A stretch of DNA of 61,910 nucleotides, counting the filler. It is 5 parts of 5 records of this genome, joined end to end, with 100 filler letters (N's around TTAATTAATTAA, not from the genome) between each part and the next. Parts side by side here need not be neighbours in the genome. Positions count along the whole stretch, not along the records: positions 56,647 to 61,910 come from DRR378314_2390; 4 more parts are not named here. The stretch is one strand, 5' to 3'. A program made the position numbers and the translations under genes. The notes under the pieces were generated by a model that had not been told where the DNA came from, ran no database searches, and saw nothing but the letters and a program-made list of their open reading frames with translations. How positions within the stretch are numbered: the stretch's first letter is position 1; each line of letters opens with the position of its first letter. This document shows positions 60,364 through 61,910 of the stretch, piece after piece.

Positions 60364-61803
60364 TTACACCCAGTTGATAGGAAACTTGGTCACGCGTGGA
60401 TTATCCGCGAGAATGTTTCGCCGCAGTTCCTCAGGACGCTGCACGGGGAAGGACGGCAGCGCGGCAGGATCGCCCGTGAGCTCCGCGCGCACGTGCACAC
60501 TTGCCAAAGCGCGCGAGCGCAAGTTTCCCTCGCGCCGATCATCGCGCCAGCACCAGCAGTGCGATGTGGCAAAAGAGACCCATGATTCATGTCCAGAAAA
60601 GCCGTTCGTCTAAAGTGCAGCGGGGGAAGCGGTCCGACTGGGGCGACTTTGGCGCTGATTGCGCTCTCGCGCGCGTTGCCAGTTGCAAACGAGCGAGCAA
60701 CGCACCGCCGTGGCCGGAGGGTTCTGCGCGAGCTCCGGGTCGGCGTACTCGTTGTTGACATAATAACCCGCGCGGATGAACTCCTGCTGCTTGTATGAGC
60801 ATGTGATCATCACAACTGTCACACCGACAATATCATTGGGTGGAATCTTCGCCGGATCAGGCGCATTCGCCTGCACGGAGGAAGCGAGCGGCATCGACAA
60901 CGGAGGACGCGCGCGTGGTGAGCCTGCGGGCGCTCCGCGGTACGCGCGGTGGTGGCTCGGTGCGCGCGCGCCCGCTCGCCCCACGCGGCGCGCCCCGCGC
61001 TCGCGTCGATGCTCCCCGGCGCGCCCGCTGCAGCGGCGCAAAGCGCGCCGCGGAGCGCGTGCTGTGCCGACGCGCCAGCGCCCCGACAGCGCGGCGGCGG
61101 GACGCGGAGGAGCTCGTCGGAGCACCGTGCACGCGCGGCGCTCTCTCGCGCGAGCAATTCTTCAACACGGCTTCCGTCCCTTTTTCGCGCACCTGAAAAA
61201 CGAATTTATTAACGCCGACAGGAACAGGGCCGACGAGTACCGAGTCGAGCACTTGGTCGTAGCTTTCGTCCTCGGCGGACCCGACGTAGATGATTTTCCA
61301 CTCCAGGTCTACGGCAGCGCAGCAGAGAAGGCGCAGGTGGACAGACAGGTCGCCTTTGCCTTAGCACAAACCGGGCGCAATACAGAACAAAGCAACAGTG
61401 CACGAGAACGGAGCGCGCTGCGCAGTGCATATCGACGTGCCCACCGAAATAGGACTGAATCATAATATACAGTACAACGTTGCCGCGTGCATAGGTAGCC
61501 TTGCCAGCGGGGCGACGCACAATCTCGGCGAACGGGAACCACAGCAGCGGGGCGCGCTCTGCCCCGTGCGGTTCGGAGCGCACTGCGCCGCCGCTGCCAC
61601 AGAGCGCGCCACTCGCGCGCTCCGTCCGCCGTTTGCGCCTTGCTCGCGCGCACGGCGCAGCTCGCCACTCCGGAAACCGCCTGCATTCCCGCACCTTCCG
61701 GCAGTTCTGCGAGACACTCGAACGAAATCTCGAACTGAAAAGGATTTGTAAACGGACTCGGGTTGTCCAGAACCTCGACATTTGTGACGTTCACGAGCGC
61801 CAT
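60364..61803 (-). CDS. ASF1: Histone chaperone ASF1, 4 exons, about 154 aa
   Basis: Exons 61695-61803, 61193-61308, 60706-60870, 60364-60438: [75 protein letters not shown]. Confidence 0.96.
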
Positions 61804-61910
61804 GGCTGCTCACAAGTTGCGCGAGCTTTTGTTGGGAAACGAAACCGCAAAAGGTAGAGGAAAGCAGTCGTGCCGGGGATGCGCACGCGCGCAAACGCGA
61901 ACGATGCGCA

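Noticed and set aside
1-61910. Transposases, integrases, cas genes, reverse transcriptases, rRNA or phage genes
   Set aside because: No supporting motifs seen in any frame

Overview
This window is not one locus. It is five unrelated contigs joined by identical artificial 100-nt spacers (44 N + TTAATTAATTAA + 44 N) at 8445-8544, 28763-28862, 44208-44307 and 56547-56646. (1) 1-8444: probably eukaryotic, with one giant uninterrupted ORF (~2100 aa). It is built from three Ala/Gly-rich helical modules separated by long Ser/Thr/Glu/Lys-rich tracts and ends in a hydrophobic hairpin plus an HPDKGG J-domain. (2) 8545-28762: alphaproteobacterial housekeeping region, Caulobacterales/Hyphomonadaceae-like by inference (tRNA-Glu fragment, recJ, glpX, hom, aminotransferase, phaC, argC, rpsI, rplM, ctaA, ABC exporter, LOG, secFD, yajC, pcm, surE). 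It includes an apparently catalytically dead phosphatidylserine decarboxylase homolog and a degenerate phytase-like lipoprotein. (3) 28863-44207: intron-rich microbial eukaryote (NDUFAF7, PEX4, F-box/WD-like, ankyrin genes). (4) 44308-56546: Rhodobacteraceae-like contig with a tRNA-Ser fragment, a TetR-TRAP-cyclase-BKACE-GST-lactonase catabolic cluster of unknown substrate, and a Dpp/Opp ABC transporter. (5) 56647-61910: intron-rich eukaryote with a DH-PH-TPR RhoGEF-like gene and a minimal ASF1. The best candidates for new biology are the giant J-domain protein, the dead Psd homolog and the orphan catabolic cluster. All family calls come from motif recognition by eye, without database searches.
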